Positions 38,992 through 49,304 of a stretch of 64,000 nucleotides of DNA are shown here, piece by piece. The notes beneath the pieces were generated by a model. The model was given only the letters and a program-made list of their open reading frames with translations. It did no database searches and was not told the origin of the DNA. Position numbers and translations under genes: made by a program. Numbering within the stretch: the stretch's first letter is position 1; every line of letters starts with the position of its first letter. This stretch comes from an uncultured Thermoplasmatales archaeon (GTDB taxonomy: Archaea > Thermoplasmatota > E2 > DHVEG-1): NCBI GenBank assembly GCA_964406955.1, contig CAYOTP010000002.1:369-64368 (forward strand). Reading direction: 5' to 3'.

Positions 38992-39969
38992 GACATTTAT
39001 TTCCTTAAGCATTCGATTGATGATATAATCAGGAGCCTCTTGAAGTAATTCCTTGAAATGAGATGGTGGGATAAGATCAGATTTGCTTAATTCCTTAGCT
39101 CTATCCATATGTCGTTTTATCTCTTCAAGATAGAGTTCTTTGATTTCTTCAGAATGTTTGGAAAGTTTCTTTTGAATTACCTTTATTCGCAGGGAATTGC
39201 AACTAACCGTTTTGTTCTCAAGCCGAGTAAGAAGTGGTATGATGACACTATCAATCATTTCCCCATTTTCAAGATCAACTAGGTCATCAGCAAGTTGATA
39301 TGCCAATCCGATTTCACGTCCATAATCAGCTAGTACATCCAATATTTCTCCAGTTGCCTCTGCTTCGATTGCTCCAGCTTTACAAGCTGAGGAAAAAAGT
39401 GAAGCAGTTTTCATATTGATAATCTTATAATATTCATTGAATATCTTGGATTTTGAAGAAAAACCAAACCCGTTATCAGAACTATCCGCATCTTCAGAAG
39501 CATTATACTCTACCTCCTCCAATTCACCATTGAGTACTTCATCCCACGTATCCACATAGAGCTTTGCTATTTTATCGCCATGGCTCAAAGCTATGTTGAA
39601 GCCAATTGAAAGCATTCTATGGCCGATAAGTAAAGCTTTTGGGACGCCTTCTTGAATGTGAAAAGCAGTTCGTCCTCGCCTTGTTTTGTCACCATCGATA
39701 ATATCATCATGAACTAATGAAGCAGTATGTGCCAATTCAATACAAACAGAACCTTCAACAGATCGTTGATATTTATATGGTGTTTCCTTTCCCCCGGTAC
39801 ATACTTTGAAACATAATTGTTGAACCAATGGTCTGAGTCTTTTTCCAGATTGAAGAATGGAAACGATTTTCTTATCCTTTATCAAAGACGCTATTTTATG
39901 TTCAATGTCTCCTTTTGTAATGTCAAAAAAGTCAACAAGTGTTACTGATGCATCTATGTTATTTGCCAT
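38980..39969 (-). CDS. polyprenyl (geranylgeranyl) diphosphate synthase
   Basis: first DDxxD LVHDDIIDGD and second DDxxD YQLADDLVD; carries an acidic about 30-aa insertion between the motifs. Confidence 0.85.
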   Translation of the reverse strand: MANNIDASVTLVDFFDITKGDIEHKIASLIKDKKIVSILQSGKRLRPLVQQLCFKVCTGGKETPYKYQRSVEGSVCIELAHTASLVHDDIIDGDKTRRGRTAFHIQEGVPKALLIGHRMLSIGFNIALSHGDKIAKLYVDTWDEVLNGELEEVEYNASEDADSSDNGFGFSSKSKIFNEYYKIINMKTASLFSSACKAGAIEAEATGEILDVLADYGREIGLAYQLADDLVDLENGEMIDSVIIPLLTRLENKTVSCNSLRIKVIQKKLSKHSEEIKELYLEEIKRHMDRAKELSKSDLIPPSHFKELLQEAPDYIINRMLKEINVSVV

Positions 39970-40142
39970 CGAATTACCTCTATATCACTGCCTCGACTTG
40001 AAGCGGGGAAATGCAACATGTTAATTATACATCCTATTTTATAAGTTTTCCCTACAAATGACAACGTCTTCATCAATGATTTAAATAAATGAAACTATAA
40101 TATAATTATTATTAAATTATTTAATAATAACATTTATTCAAA

Positions 40143-40754
40143 TTATTGGGCCTTATATGATTTGGCAATAATGTATTGCTCACTACTGCTTTTACGGGAG
40201 GCATTTGGAGAAAAACCTTTAACATAATCAAAAGAATCATTAATTTGCGAAACAAAACCTTGCAACATCTCCCCCATGAACACCTTGCAAACAAAACAAC
40301 CCCCTTTGCAAAGAACTTGCTCTGCAGTCTTCAACGCTTGGCGCGATAGATATATGCTTCGTGCATGATCCATGGAATATTGACCAGAGATATTTGGAGC
40401 CATATCCGAAAGAACAACATTTGCTGACTGAAAATCTATGGATTGCCGAATCAATTGAATTGTTTCATCATTGGACATATCTCCCTTAATAAAAACCACA
40501 TTCTCATAAGGTTTAATCAGTGAAAGATCTACTCCAACAACCACGCCATCAGGCTGAACCAGTTTATGGACAACCTGACTCCAACCTCCAGGAGCTGCAC
40601 CAAGATCAACAACAACATCACCTGAATGGATAAGATGAAATTTCTTTTGAATTTGAAGTAATTTATATGCCGATCGAGCACGGTAGCCTTGTTTTTTTGC
40701 TTGCTTGTAGAAATGTTCCCTTTTTTTCTCTTTGTACCAACGAGTCATAATCAC
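40143..40754 (-). CDS. rlmE: 23S rRNA Um methyltransferase RlmE/FtsJ
   Basis: RSAYKLLQI...[14 protein letters not shown] canonical FtsJ motifs. Confidence 0.9.
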   Translation of the reverse strand: MIMTRWYKEKKREHFYKQAKKQGYRARSAYKLLQIQKKFHLIHSGDVVVDLGAAPGGWSQVVHKLVQPDGVVVGVDLSLIKPYENVVFIKGDMSNDETIQLIRQSIDFQSANVVLSDMAPNISGQYSMDHARSIYLSRQALKTAEQVLCKGGCFVCKVFMGEMLQGFVSQINDSFDYVKGFSPNASRKSSSEQYIIAKSYKAQ

Positions 40755-41704
40755 AAGATAATGTCAATATCTAATCTTTCAGCCAGTTCCTTATATCTAT
40801 TACGTATGGTCACTTCAGTAACACCTGCAACATCAGCCACCTCTCGCTGTGTTCTTCTCTCACCACAAAGAATGGATGCGATATAAATCGAAGCAGCAGC
40901 CACACCCGTTGGTCCTCGACCACTGGTAAGTTCTTTATCTGCAGCATCTTTTAATATTTCAATTGCTTTTGCTTGGACATCACCACTTAACTTAAGTTCA
41001 CTGCAAAATCGGGAAATATAATCCTGTGGAGATGTGGGCATGAGCTTCAATCCCAATTCACGGGCGATAAATCGATAGGTTCTTCCAATCTCTTTTCGAG
41101 AGACTCGAGATGCATTTGCAATTTCATCTAACGTTCGCGGAACATTACATTGCCGGCACGATGCATAGAGCGCAGCGGCTGAAACTCCTTCGATACTTCT
41201 TCCACGGATAAGGTTTTTTAAAACCGCTTTCCGATAGATCATAGCTGCTGTTTCACGAACGTTTCGTGGAAGCCCCATTCCTGAAGCCATCCGGTCAAGT
41301 TCCGATAATGCAAAGGCCAGATTCCGTTCGGTTGCATCACTAATCCTGATTCTTCGTTGCCATTTCCTCAATCGGTAAAGTTGAGCACGATTTCTCGTTG
41401 GGATGGATTTACCATATGAATCACGGTTCTTCCACCCAATCATAGTGCTTAAACCCTTATCATGAATAGTATAGGTCATCGGGGCACCAACACGAGCTCT
41501 TTTTTCCCGTTGATCACTATCAAATGCTCGCCATTCGGGGCCATGATCAATAAAATCCTCATCGATAACAAGTCCACATTCCTCACAAACGAGTTCTCCT
41601 CGAGAATAATCGCGTGTGAGATGGGTACCACCGCATTCAGGACAGTTGGTAATTTCCTCAATGTTTTGTTTGTTCTTTTTTTTATTTGCTTTAGCTTGAA
41701 TCAT
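40751..41704 (-). CDS. tfb: transcription initiation factor IIB
   Basis: N-terminal zinc ribbon CPECGG...CEECG, B-finger, two cyclin repeats; overlaps the rlmE start by 4 nt. Confidence 0.9.
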   Translation of the reverse strand: MIQAKANKKKNKQNIEEITNCPECGGTHLTRDYSRGELVCEECGLVIDEDFIDHGPEWRAFDSDQREKRARVGAPMTYTIHDKGLSTMIGWKNRDSYGKSIPTRNRAQLYRLRKWQRRIRISDATERNLAFALSELDRMASGMGLPRNVRETAAMIYRKAVLKNLIRGRSIEGVSAAALYASCRQCNVPRTLDEIANASRVSRKEIGRTYRFIARELGLKLMPTSPQDYISRFCSELKLSGDVQAKAIEILKDAADKELTSGRGPTGVAAASIYIASILCGERRTQREVADVAGVTEVTIRNRYKELAERLDIDIIL

Positions 41705-41883
41705 AGAAAAAACTCCTCATTCTCCATTTATAGGATTTGCGATATGTTTTTAAATGACAATAAACAAAAGATATATAAAACTTTCTATTCGACCCGCTTT
41801 TGATACACCTTGTTTACAACAGATAACGTGAGGGATGATCTTTATCCAATCATCCTCTCTTCAAACTACTTACAAACCTATAT

Positions 41884-43254
41884 TCACTCGGCAGAGAAAA
41901 AGGCAGAATACGCCAAATATGCTGCATACACATCAAGTTTACTAGTAATCTCAAAAGGAGCATGCATGCTTAATACAGGAGGGCCAAGATCGATAACTGA
42001 CATCCCCATACGTGAAAAATATTTCGAAACAGTTCCACCACCACCTTTATCCACTTTACCCAATTCTCCTGTTTGCCAAGGAATCTTTTCCCCATTCAGC
42101 ATGTTTCTTATCTCTGCAACATACTCTGCAGATGCATCGTTGGCACTATATTTCCCACCATGGCCAGTGTATTTAGACATGGCAACACCATTACCAATAG
42201 AGGATGCGTTCTTCAGCTCAAATACCTGTTTATAATTTGGAGTCACTGCTGCATCAACATCAGCTGAAATAACTTTAGAGCGCATCATTACTGTGTCAAT
42301 ATCTATAGTGGGATCCAATTGTCTCAACATGGATCTTAAAAACGTCATTGATTGGGCAGAAGTATTACCTTCACTTCCGATCTCTTCCTTATCCACAAAT
42401 AATGCAATTGAAGTATATGCAGGTCGATCAAGGTCTAAAATCGCTTGAAGGGAAGTATATACACAAACACGATCATCCTGGCCATAACCCCCAATTAAAG
42501 CCCTATCAAATCCGATATCTTTTGGTTGATATGCTGGAACCAATTCGATATCAGCTGACACGAAATCCTCCTCAATTAATCCATAATCATCATGTAATTT
42601 TCGTAACACCATCCGTTTCAAATCATTATTGCCACCATTTTTATTCTCATCATCACCATTATCCTTAAAAGGACGATTACCAATAACAATATCTAAACTT
42701 TCTCCTTCTATAGCATCCCTGACCTTTTTATTATCTTGTACTTCATGGGAAAGATGAGGCAATAAATCCGGAACAGAAAAAACCGGATCATCTGGATTCT
42801 CCCCAATAGTTAAGTTAATCTTAGTACCATCTTGCTTTACAACAATGCCATGTAATGCAAGAGGAATGGTCAACCAATGAAATTTTTTGATGCCTCCATA
42901 ATAATGAGTTTCAAACATAGCTAGATTACTATCTGAATCCTCAAACAAGGGAACTTGTTTTAAATCAAGTCGTGGAGAATCCACATGAGATATTACTAAG
43001 CGAACTCCTTCAGACATTGGACGACGACCTTTCACCACAATTGCAGCAGCCGCATGCTTATTGAGAAACAATTGCTTGTTTTTACCTTCAACTTGCTTTT
43101 TAATTTCTTCAATTGCCTCCCTTTCTGTTTTTGCTTTAGATAAAAAAGTTTTGTAACCATTACAAAAATTAAAAGCAGTCGTTACCTGTTCATCTGAAAA
43201 AACAGTCCATGTTGACTTTTTCTTAAATTCAAAATCCATTTCAGCCTCAACCAT
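41884..43254 (-). CDS. M18-family aminopeptidase (aspartyl aminopeptidase-like)
   Basis: 456 aa; SHVDSPRL signature of M18; size inconsistent with M42. Confidence 0.7.
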   Translation of the reverse strand: MVEAEMDFEFKKKSTWTVFSDEQVTTAFNFCNGYKTFLSKAKTEREAIEEIKKQVEGKNKQLFLNKHAAAAIVVKGRRPMSEGVRLVISHVDSPRLDLKQVPLFEDSDSNLAMFETHYYGGIKKFHWLTIPLALHGIVVKQDGTKINLTIGENPDDPVFSVPDLLPHLSHEVQDNKKVRDAIEGESLDIVIGNRPFKDNGDDENKNGGNNDLKRMVLRKLHDDYGLIEEDFVSADIELVPAYQPKDIGFDRALIGGYGQDDRVCVYTSLQAILDLDRPAYTSIALFVDKEEIGSEGNTSAQSMTFLRSMLRQLDPTIDIDTVMMRSKVISADVDAAVTPNYKQVFELKNASSIGNGVAMSKYTGHGGKYSANDASAEYVAEIRNMLNGEKIPWQTGELGKVDKGGGGTVSKYFSRMGMSVIDLGPPVLSMHAPFEITSKLDVYAAYLAYSAFFSAE

Positions 43255-43332
43255 ATTTATTCCTCAGTTTAATTCCGTTATAAATCAGCATGTTAAAAAG
43301 ATAACTCAAAAAAAAGAAATGAAAAAAAGGAA

Positions 43333-44307
43333 TTATCGACGAATTACCACTATCAGTGCAATAATTCCAATTGCTACAATGATTGCAAGGATTGCAATAA
43401 ATACAATAATTGGACTATCCTCTTCATCTTCATTGTCTGAACCATTCTCATCACCATTGGGTGGCGTCGATGCTTCACTGATGGTAATTGTCTGTGTTGC
43501 AGTTGTTTCAATTCCTTCCGAATCACTTACTGTTAATCTAACAGCATATGTACCGGGTAACTGAAACGAATGTGTGACAGTTTCACCGGTGGCAGTTGAG
43601 CCATCATCAAAATCCCATTCATATTCATAATCAGCAAAATCCACCCCCATCATATTGGCAATATTGTAACCAATACCCGTGAAATTAATCGTTTCACCAA
43701 CAGATACAGTTGAAGGATCCGCCTCTATTTCAGCCATTAACATGAATGAATCAGGAGCAGCATCCATATAAATCATTGACGCACCAGAAAAAGATAATTC
43801 CATGAAAAATGATATGGCTCCAAATTCCTGAATCCTTTCATTGGCAGAAGTTAAATTAAAACTGGCTGAAAATTCATTATCCGTAATCGTAACGTCAACA
43901 GGTTCACCATTTACAGTCCAATCTTCATAAGAATACATAATTTCATATTCTGACATATTCGTCTTGATTAACACAAGATACGTGGGAAAGAGTAAATCCA
44001 TAAAATCCATATCATCCTCGAATTCATCCAAATCAATTGTTTCTATCTTTCCACGATCATTTACCTTAAACATAATCGTTATCTCAGTACCATTATCTTC
44101 ACGGTCGTAAGACACTTCAATTATATCTGCACTGGGAACTTCATCAGTTTCATATTGTTCTTGAACTTCTTCATCTATCCCCAATTCAATTGCAAGAACA
44201 TCATCTTCAGGGTCAGTTACAATTCCACTCTCTGCAACAGCTGAACTTACAGCGAAAAAAAAACTGAGCATTACTGCAATCATCACTATTTTATTTACCG
44301 CTTTCAT
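43333..44307 (-). CDS. cell-surface protein with PKD domain and C-terminal TM anchor
   Basis: signal peptide; PKD-like WDFDDGS...HSF...GTYAV motif; acidic Asp/Glu linker; hydrophobic C-terminus ending RR. Confidence 0.7.
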   Translation of the reverse strand: MKAVNKIVMIAVMLSFFFAVSSAVAESGIVTDPEDDVLAIELGIDEEVQEQYETDEVPSADIIEVSYDREDNGTEITIMFKVNDRGKIETIDLDEFEDDMDFMDLLFPTYLVLIKTNMSEYEIMYSYEDWTVNGEPVDVTITDNEFSASFNLTSANERIQEFGAISFFMELSFSGASMIYMDAAPDSFMLMAEIEADPSTVSVGETINFTGIGYNIANMMGVDFADYEYEWDFDDGSTATGETVTHSFQLPGTYAVRLTVSDSEGIETTATQTITISEASTPPNGDENGSDNEDEEDSPIIVFIAILAIIVAIGIIALIVVIRR

Positions 44308-44494
44308 GGTTACATCACTTTTTTCAAATTTAGCATCCTTATTTGCTAATGCTATATAAAAGTGTTTTCACATCTTCTTTCTTATTAAGATTTGCCATCT
44401 GTTCGCTTTTATCCAAATAAAATCAAATGTTTTACTATGATGATATTTTAACTATGTTTGAAGGAGAAATAATCATAAATCTACGAACCAGTAA

Positions 44495-44782
44495 TTGATG
44501 AAAAAGTATTTGATGGTGAAATTTGATTCAAGGTTTATGGCATTAGGTTTCGCGTTATTATCGATAAGTCCGTTATACGAAAAAGAAGTGTTTGCAGAAC
44601 TTGATAAAAACATTCCCGAGATCATCGAAGTCCATCCATTATTCGGTGAATACGATATCTTGGTCAAAATACAATGTGAAAGTATCGACGACATTGGAGG
44701 GACTGTTATCAAAAAAATTAGGTCCTTGAAAGGTGTTACAGATACAAAAACCTTAATAGGTACCCGAAGTTTAGAAGGATAA
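44495..44782 (+). CDS. stand-alone Lrp/AsnC ligand-binding (RAM) domain protein
   Basis: FGEYDILVKI...DIGGTVIKKI...GVTDTKTL typical RAM domain; start may be internal. Confidence 0.7.
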   Translation: MMKKYLMVKFDSRFMALGFALLSISPLYEKEVFAELDKNIPEIIEVHPLFGEYDILVKIQCESIDDIGGTVIKKIRSLKGVTDTKTLIGTRSLEG

Positions 44783-44887
44783 TTATCATTTGAAAACAAG
44801 AAAAATCAAGTTCTTTGAAGGGAGTTTCTCAAATTTTTTCCAATATATTTATAAAAGGAAATTAATATTGATTAATTTGGGACAGTT

Positions 44888-46939
44888 ATGTCAAAACAAA
44901 TAGCTCTCGGATGTATCATCATTCTCATTTTAATAATTCCTTCAACTATGGGATTTTCCAATCAGACTGATTCTGCTCAAACATGGTATGTAGATATCAC
45001 CAACAACCAAGGTCCATGGACGGGGAACCGGATTTATCCATTTTCCCAGATTCAAACCGCAATAGAACATGCTAACTCTGGGGACACCATCATTATTTTA
45101 AATGGCACATATAAAGAAACAATAAGAATTGATAAACCGCTCATTATCCGAAATATGAGCGCACATCAACCAATTATCGACGGAGGATACCATGACAGTA
45201 TAATCACCATCAATCACCCTCATGCTACCCTATCAGGATTGATATTAAGAAATTCCAGTGGCTCCAAACAAAGTTGTGCTATAAGATGTAAATCATCTAC
45301 TATTTCAATTTCTCATTGCCACTTCTATCGAACTAGAACTGGAATACGGGTTCAAAACACAGACCATATCACCATATCAGATTGCTTGTTTCACACCAAT
45401 GGTGATGGAGTATCCCTGATTGATTCTCAACAAATTGTCCTTACTGGAAATGACTTCTTACATAACGGCCTTGGCATCAATAGCAACAATTCTTCAAAAG
45501 TACTCATTCATGATTGCTATGCAACAATAAATGGGATTGGAATCTTTCTAAACAATTCTAGTGATTTCATTATCGATAAATGCGCAATCTACAATAACAA
45601 TGATAATCAAGGAGGAATCTTTCTAAACCATTGTGAATCTGTAGATATAAACCATTCACGCATTGAACATAACGGCTTTGGGATCAAACCATCAAATAGT
45701 AAAAACATCTCCATCAATAAAAGTACAATTCAACACAATACTCACGTTGGCATATTCTGCATTGAATCCAATGACATATATCTATCAACAAGTCAACTAA
45801 CAAGCAATTTTCGTTTTAGTATCCATTGTATTGAAAGTTCATTATTGATACATCGTTCAAACCTGTTTTCATCATTAGTGGGCATCTACGCCGAAGATTC
45901 CACATTAAACATAAAAGAAAACTGGTGGGGTTCATCAATTGGCCCAATCTTCTTTGAACACCAAAAAATTGATCGCATACGATTAAAATCATCCTCAGCT
46001 CAACTCAGACCCATTTCAACTCAAAAATATCCTGCTGGAGCAACATGGTCTATTGATCAATCTCGATGTCAGATACCCAATGATATTTGGCTTCACCCCA
46101 TCATTCAACTCCCCGGAAAGGATAGTGATAACGATGGCGTACCAGACTGGTGGGAAATAGAATTCAGTTATGATCCTTACACATGGGATGACCATGGCAA
46201 TTTAGATCCAGATAATGATGGGTTATCTAACATTGAAGAATGTTATACCTATGAATGGGGATCAGATCCATTTCAAAAAGATATCTTTTTGGAGGTTGAT
46301 TGGATGGAATCACGTACAGGAAATCCTACTCAGAACAGATTGACTTCTCAAGATATCCAAATGATGAAAGAAGTGTTTGCTATAAAAGATATCAAGCTTC
46401 ATGTGGATCATGGAGAAATGGGTGGCGGCGAACAAATCCCATATCAAAGCAATTTTTCATACGCGGATCTCCGTGATATTTACTGGGATTATTTTTTACA
46501 TGAAGATATGAACAACCCTCGAAAAGGAATTTTTCATTATGCTATTATCACCGACTGGGGCCCAGGACCAGGATTTGCTTTTATCGGATGGGACAGTTTA
46601 GACAGCTTTACCATCTCAGCTCAAGAGTTATCTGAAAATCAACCAACAAAAGAACGAAATATTCTGATAACTGGTGGAAGTATCCATGAACTTGGTCATA
46701 CTTTGGGATTAACGGTTGATGATCATCAAGGCAATGATAATCAAGTAGCAACTTGGTTGTTCACTAAACAATGGTTGCGATATCGTCAGTATAAAAGTTG
46801 TATGAACTATTGGTATACATACCGAATTCTTGGCTTTTCAGATGGATCTCATGGGCCGTATGATTTCAATGATTGGGAACATATGGATTTTTCCTTTTTC
46901 AAAAACACGGATTTCAACTTACCTGATCAATATCTTTAG
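44888..46939 (+). CDS. secreted right-handed beta-helix protein with C-terminal HExxH metalloprotease-like domain
   Basis: signal peptide; repeated parallel-beta-helix units of about 22 aa (N.GIGIFL.NSS.); DxDxDG Ca-binding-like repeats (DSDNDGVPDWWE, DPDNDGLSNIEE); HELGHTLGL motif. Confidence 0.7.
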   Translation: MSKQIALGCIIILILIIPSTMGFSNQTDSAQTWYVDITNNQGPWTGNRIYPFSQIQTAIEHANSGDTIIILNGTYKETIRIDKPLIIRNMSAHQPIIDGGYHDSIITINHPHATLSGLILRNSSGSKQSCAIRCKSSTISISHCHFYRTRTGIRVQNTDHITISDCLFHTNGDGVSLIDSQQIVLTGNDFLHNGLGINSNNSSKVLIHDCYATINGIGIFLNNSSDFIIDKCAIYNNNDNQGGIFLNHCESVDINHSRIEHNGFGIKPSNSKNISINKSTIQHNTHVGIFCIESNDIYLSTSQLTSNFRFSIHCIESSLLIHRSNLFSSLVGIYAEDSTLNIKENWWGSSIGPIFFEHQKIDRIRLKSSSAQLRPISTQKYPAGATWSIDQSRCQIPNDIWLHPIIQLPGKDSDNDGVPDWWEIEFSYDPYTWDDHGNLDPDNDGLSNIEECYTYEWGSDPFQKDIFLEVDWMESRTGNPTQNRLTSQDIQMMKEVFAIKDIKLHVDHGEMGGGEQIPYQSNFSYADLRDIYWDYFLHEDMNNPRKGIFHYAIITDWGPGPGFAFIGWDSLDSFTISAQELSENQPTKERNILITGGSIHELGHTLGLTVDDHQGNDNQVATWLFTKQWLRYRQYKSCMNYWYTYRILGFSDGSHGPYDFNDWEHMDFSFFKNTDFNLPDQYL

Positions 46940-48045
46940 TCTTCCTTCCATTTTGTTACAAAGACACCAATAATAAAAAATATGGCTGCTAACAAAACGA
47001 CAAATGCGGTGAAATATAAGGTTTTATCCAGATTGTTTAATATCATTGTGTTCCTGAGACTTTCATTCACATAGTAAAGAGGGAGTAATTGAGCAATGCT
47101 CTGCAAGTATCCTGGCATTTGTTCCAATGGAAAAAAGGTTCCCGCTAAAAACATCATAGGAAAAGTGATAGCACCACCAGCCATATCCGCTGTTTCTTCC
47201 TCTTTGACAAATCTTCCAATAATCATACCCATTCCTGAGAAAAGAAAACTTGTGGCAACAATGATGATGAAAGTAAAAATGCTTAAATGGATGCTTAAAT
47301 CAAAAACGAGGAATCCAAAGGTCAAAATAACAGCAGTTGAAAGAAAGGAAAGAAAGAGCATAAACAACATCTTAGCGAAAATCCACTCGGTTCTGCTTAC
47401 CGGCATAGTAAGCATCTTCCTTAGGATGCCATCCTTACGATATTTTGTGTTTCGTTCAATACTTCCATAGATGCAACTTGTCATAATGGTGAAACCAATC
47501 ATTCCAGGGATGAAGAAATCAATGAAACCAAGATCTTCACTAACCGTCGCTGAATCAGAAAGTGTTACAACGGTTCTGCCACCAGTTATTGCAAGATTAT
47601 ATTCCTGTAACAGGCTAGAAAGAATGGTTTGTACAATCGACGTTGTTGTCTGCTTGGACGGATCGAAATGAAAAACCATTGATGCAGTTATATTCTGATT
47701 TGAAAACGATTGATCTATTGTCGAACCGAATCCTTCAGGGATTTTTAGTCCCGTTGAAATATCCTGTTCCTTCATATATGAAGTGATGTCCTCTGTTGGA
47801 GAAAGCTCTTTTATTTCAAGTAATGAAACATTTTGAAGAAGTTGCAGAAAAGACTGGGAGTGCATTGATTCATCTACATCCTGAACGCAAAGTGAATAAT
47901 TCATATCACCCGACTCAGAGAACATGGATCCAAAGATAAGAATTAAAAGTATGGGAAATAGAATCGTCCAAAACACAGTCCCTTTGCTTCGACCCCATTG
48001 TTTGAAGTTCACTTTAAAATCATGGAAGATAAAACGGAAATTCAT
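46936..48045 (-). CDS. ABC-2 family permease
   Basis: 369 aa; N-terminal TM, large loop, C-terminal TM bundle; coupled to the upstream ATPase. Confidence 0.8.
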   Translation of the reverse strand: MNFRFIFHDFKVNFKQWGRSKGTVFWTILFPILLILIFGSMFSESGDMNYSLCVQDVDESMHSQSFLQLLQNVSLLEIKELSPTEDITSYMKEQDISTGLKIPEGFGSTIDQSFSNQNITASMVFHFDPSKQTTTSIVQTILSSLLQEYNLAITGGRTVVTLSDSATVSEDLGFIDFFIPGMIGFTIMTSCIYGSIERNTKYRKDGILRKMLTMPVSRTEWIFAKMLFMLFLSFLSTAVILTFGFLVFDLSIHLSIFTFIIIVATSFLFSGMGMIIGRFVKEEETADMAGGAITFPMMFLAGTFFPLEQMPGYLQSIAQLLPLYYVNESLRNTMILNNLDKTLYFTAFVVLLAAIFFIIGVFVTKWKED

Positions 48046-49097
48046 GTGTTTCCCTCCTGCAATCGAGCCCCGGTAAGATGTAAAAATAGTTCTTCCAAAT
48101 TGGGACGATGAATGTCAATACCATCAAAATCAATTGCGTTGTTTCGTAAAATCGACAATATCTCTAAAATTTGATCTTTATATTGAATGGTAACTAGCAC
48201 CGATTGATTATTTGCTTTTCTCACTTGATATCCAACAGGCTCTAAAACATTTTTTACCAAGTTGAAATTACATTTTGTAAAATGAAGGATGCTTCCCTTA
48301 CCATACTGGCAGATGAGTTCATCAAGTGTTCCTTCCGCAATGATATTTCCTTTATGAATAATTGCAATGTGATCTGCCAAATATTCAGCCTCCTCCATAT
48401 AATGGGTGGTAAGAAAAACGGTTTTTCCTTTGTTTCTAAGATCTGCAATGACTTCCCACACTTCTCGACGGGCTTTTGGATCTAGACCGGTTGTTGGTTC
48501 ATCAAGAAAAACAATATCTGGGTCATTTACTAATGAGATTGCAACACCGACCCGTTGTTTTAACCCACCAGAGAGTTCTTTGTATAGCTTGTTTTCATCC
48601 TCGATAAGATTCATCGCTTTGATGATGTCATCGATGTCTGCTTTTTTTTCAAATAAACTTGCAAAATATTCAAGTGTTTCTCTAATCGTTAATCGCTCAA
48701 ATGAATGGAATTCCTGTGGAAGAATACCAATTTTTTCTTTAATTTTATCAAAAGAGGTTGGTATCTGATGTCCAAAAATGGTTATATCCCCTTGAGAAGG
48801 AGTTCTAATTGATTCGATCATCTCAACTGTTGTTGTTTTTCCAGCGCCGTTGGGGCCTAAAAATGCAAAGACTTCACCAGTATTCACCGTAAATGAGATA
48901 TGATTCACTGCAGTAAATGATCCGTAATTCTTCACCAAATCACGCACCTTAATAGCTGAAGTTTTATCTTTTTTTTCTGAAAATGTTACTTTTCCTAGTT
49001 TTAAACATTCAGGGCAGGAGATTTTTTTAATCTCACCGGGCATTCCTGAAACGGAAAAAACGTTCTTACAACCTGGGCATTGGATTTGTTTTTGCAT
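48042..49097 (-). CDS. ABC transporter ATP-binding protein with N-terminal zinc ribbon
   Basis: Walker A GPNGAGKTT, signature LSGGLKQRV, Walker B FLDEPTTGLD; N-terminal CPGC...CPEC extension. Confidence 0.85.
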   Translation of the reverse strand: MQKQIQCPGCKNVFSVSGMPGEIKKISCPECLKLGKVTFSEKKDKTSAIKVRDLVKNYGSFTAVNHISFTVNTGEVFAFLGPNGAGKTTTVEMIESIRTPSQGDITIFGHQIPTSFDKIKEKIGILPQEFHSFERLTIRETLEYFASLFEKKADIDDIIKAMNLIEDENKLYKELSGGLKQRVGVAISLVNDPDIVFLDEPTTGLDPKARREVWEVIADLRNKGKTVFLTTHYMEEAEYLADHIAIIHKGNIIAEGTLDELICQYGKGSILHFTKCNFNLVKNVLEPVGYQVRKANNQSVLVTIQYKDQILEILSILRNNAIDFDGIDIHRPNLEELFLHLTGARLQEGNT

Positions 49098-49304
49098 ACT
49101 ATCCCTATATTTGTTCGTGTACCACTCCTTGATGTATCATTAGATGATTTTTATGTTTTCCTCAAATTAACTTGAAAAGGCACTATGAATTTGAAAAAGG
49201 AGTGATTGTTAAAAGATGGGAATATTTATAAAAAATGGTTTTATGCAGGAATGTGAAACAGGTTTTCAAAATTGTGAAAATCTGTTTAAAAAGGGTGAAG
49301 GACT

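Noticed and set aside
41810-42668. Plus-strand ORFs of 141, 64 and 106 aa
   Set aside because: They are antisense to the M18 aminopeptidase gene. The His/Tyr-rich odd composition is typical of shadow frames.
44473-44799. 108-aa minus ORF
   Set aside because: It is antisense to the RAM-domain gene, which shows clear Lrp/AsnC C-terminal domain motifs.
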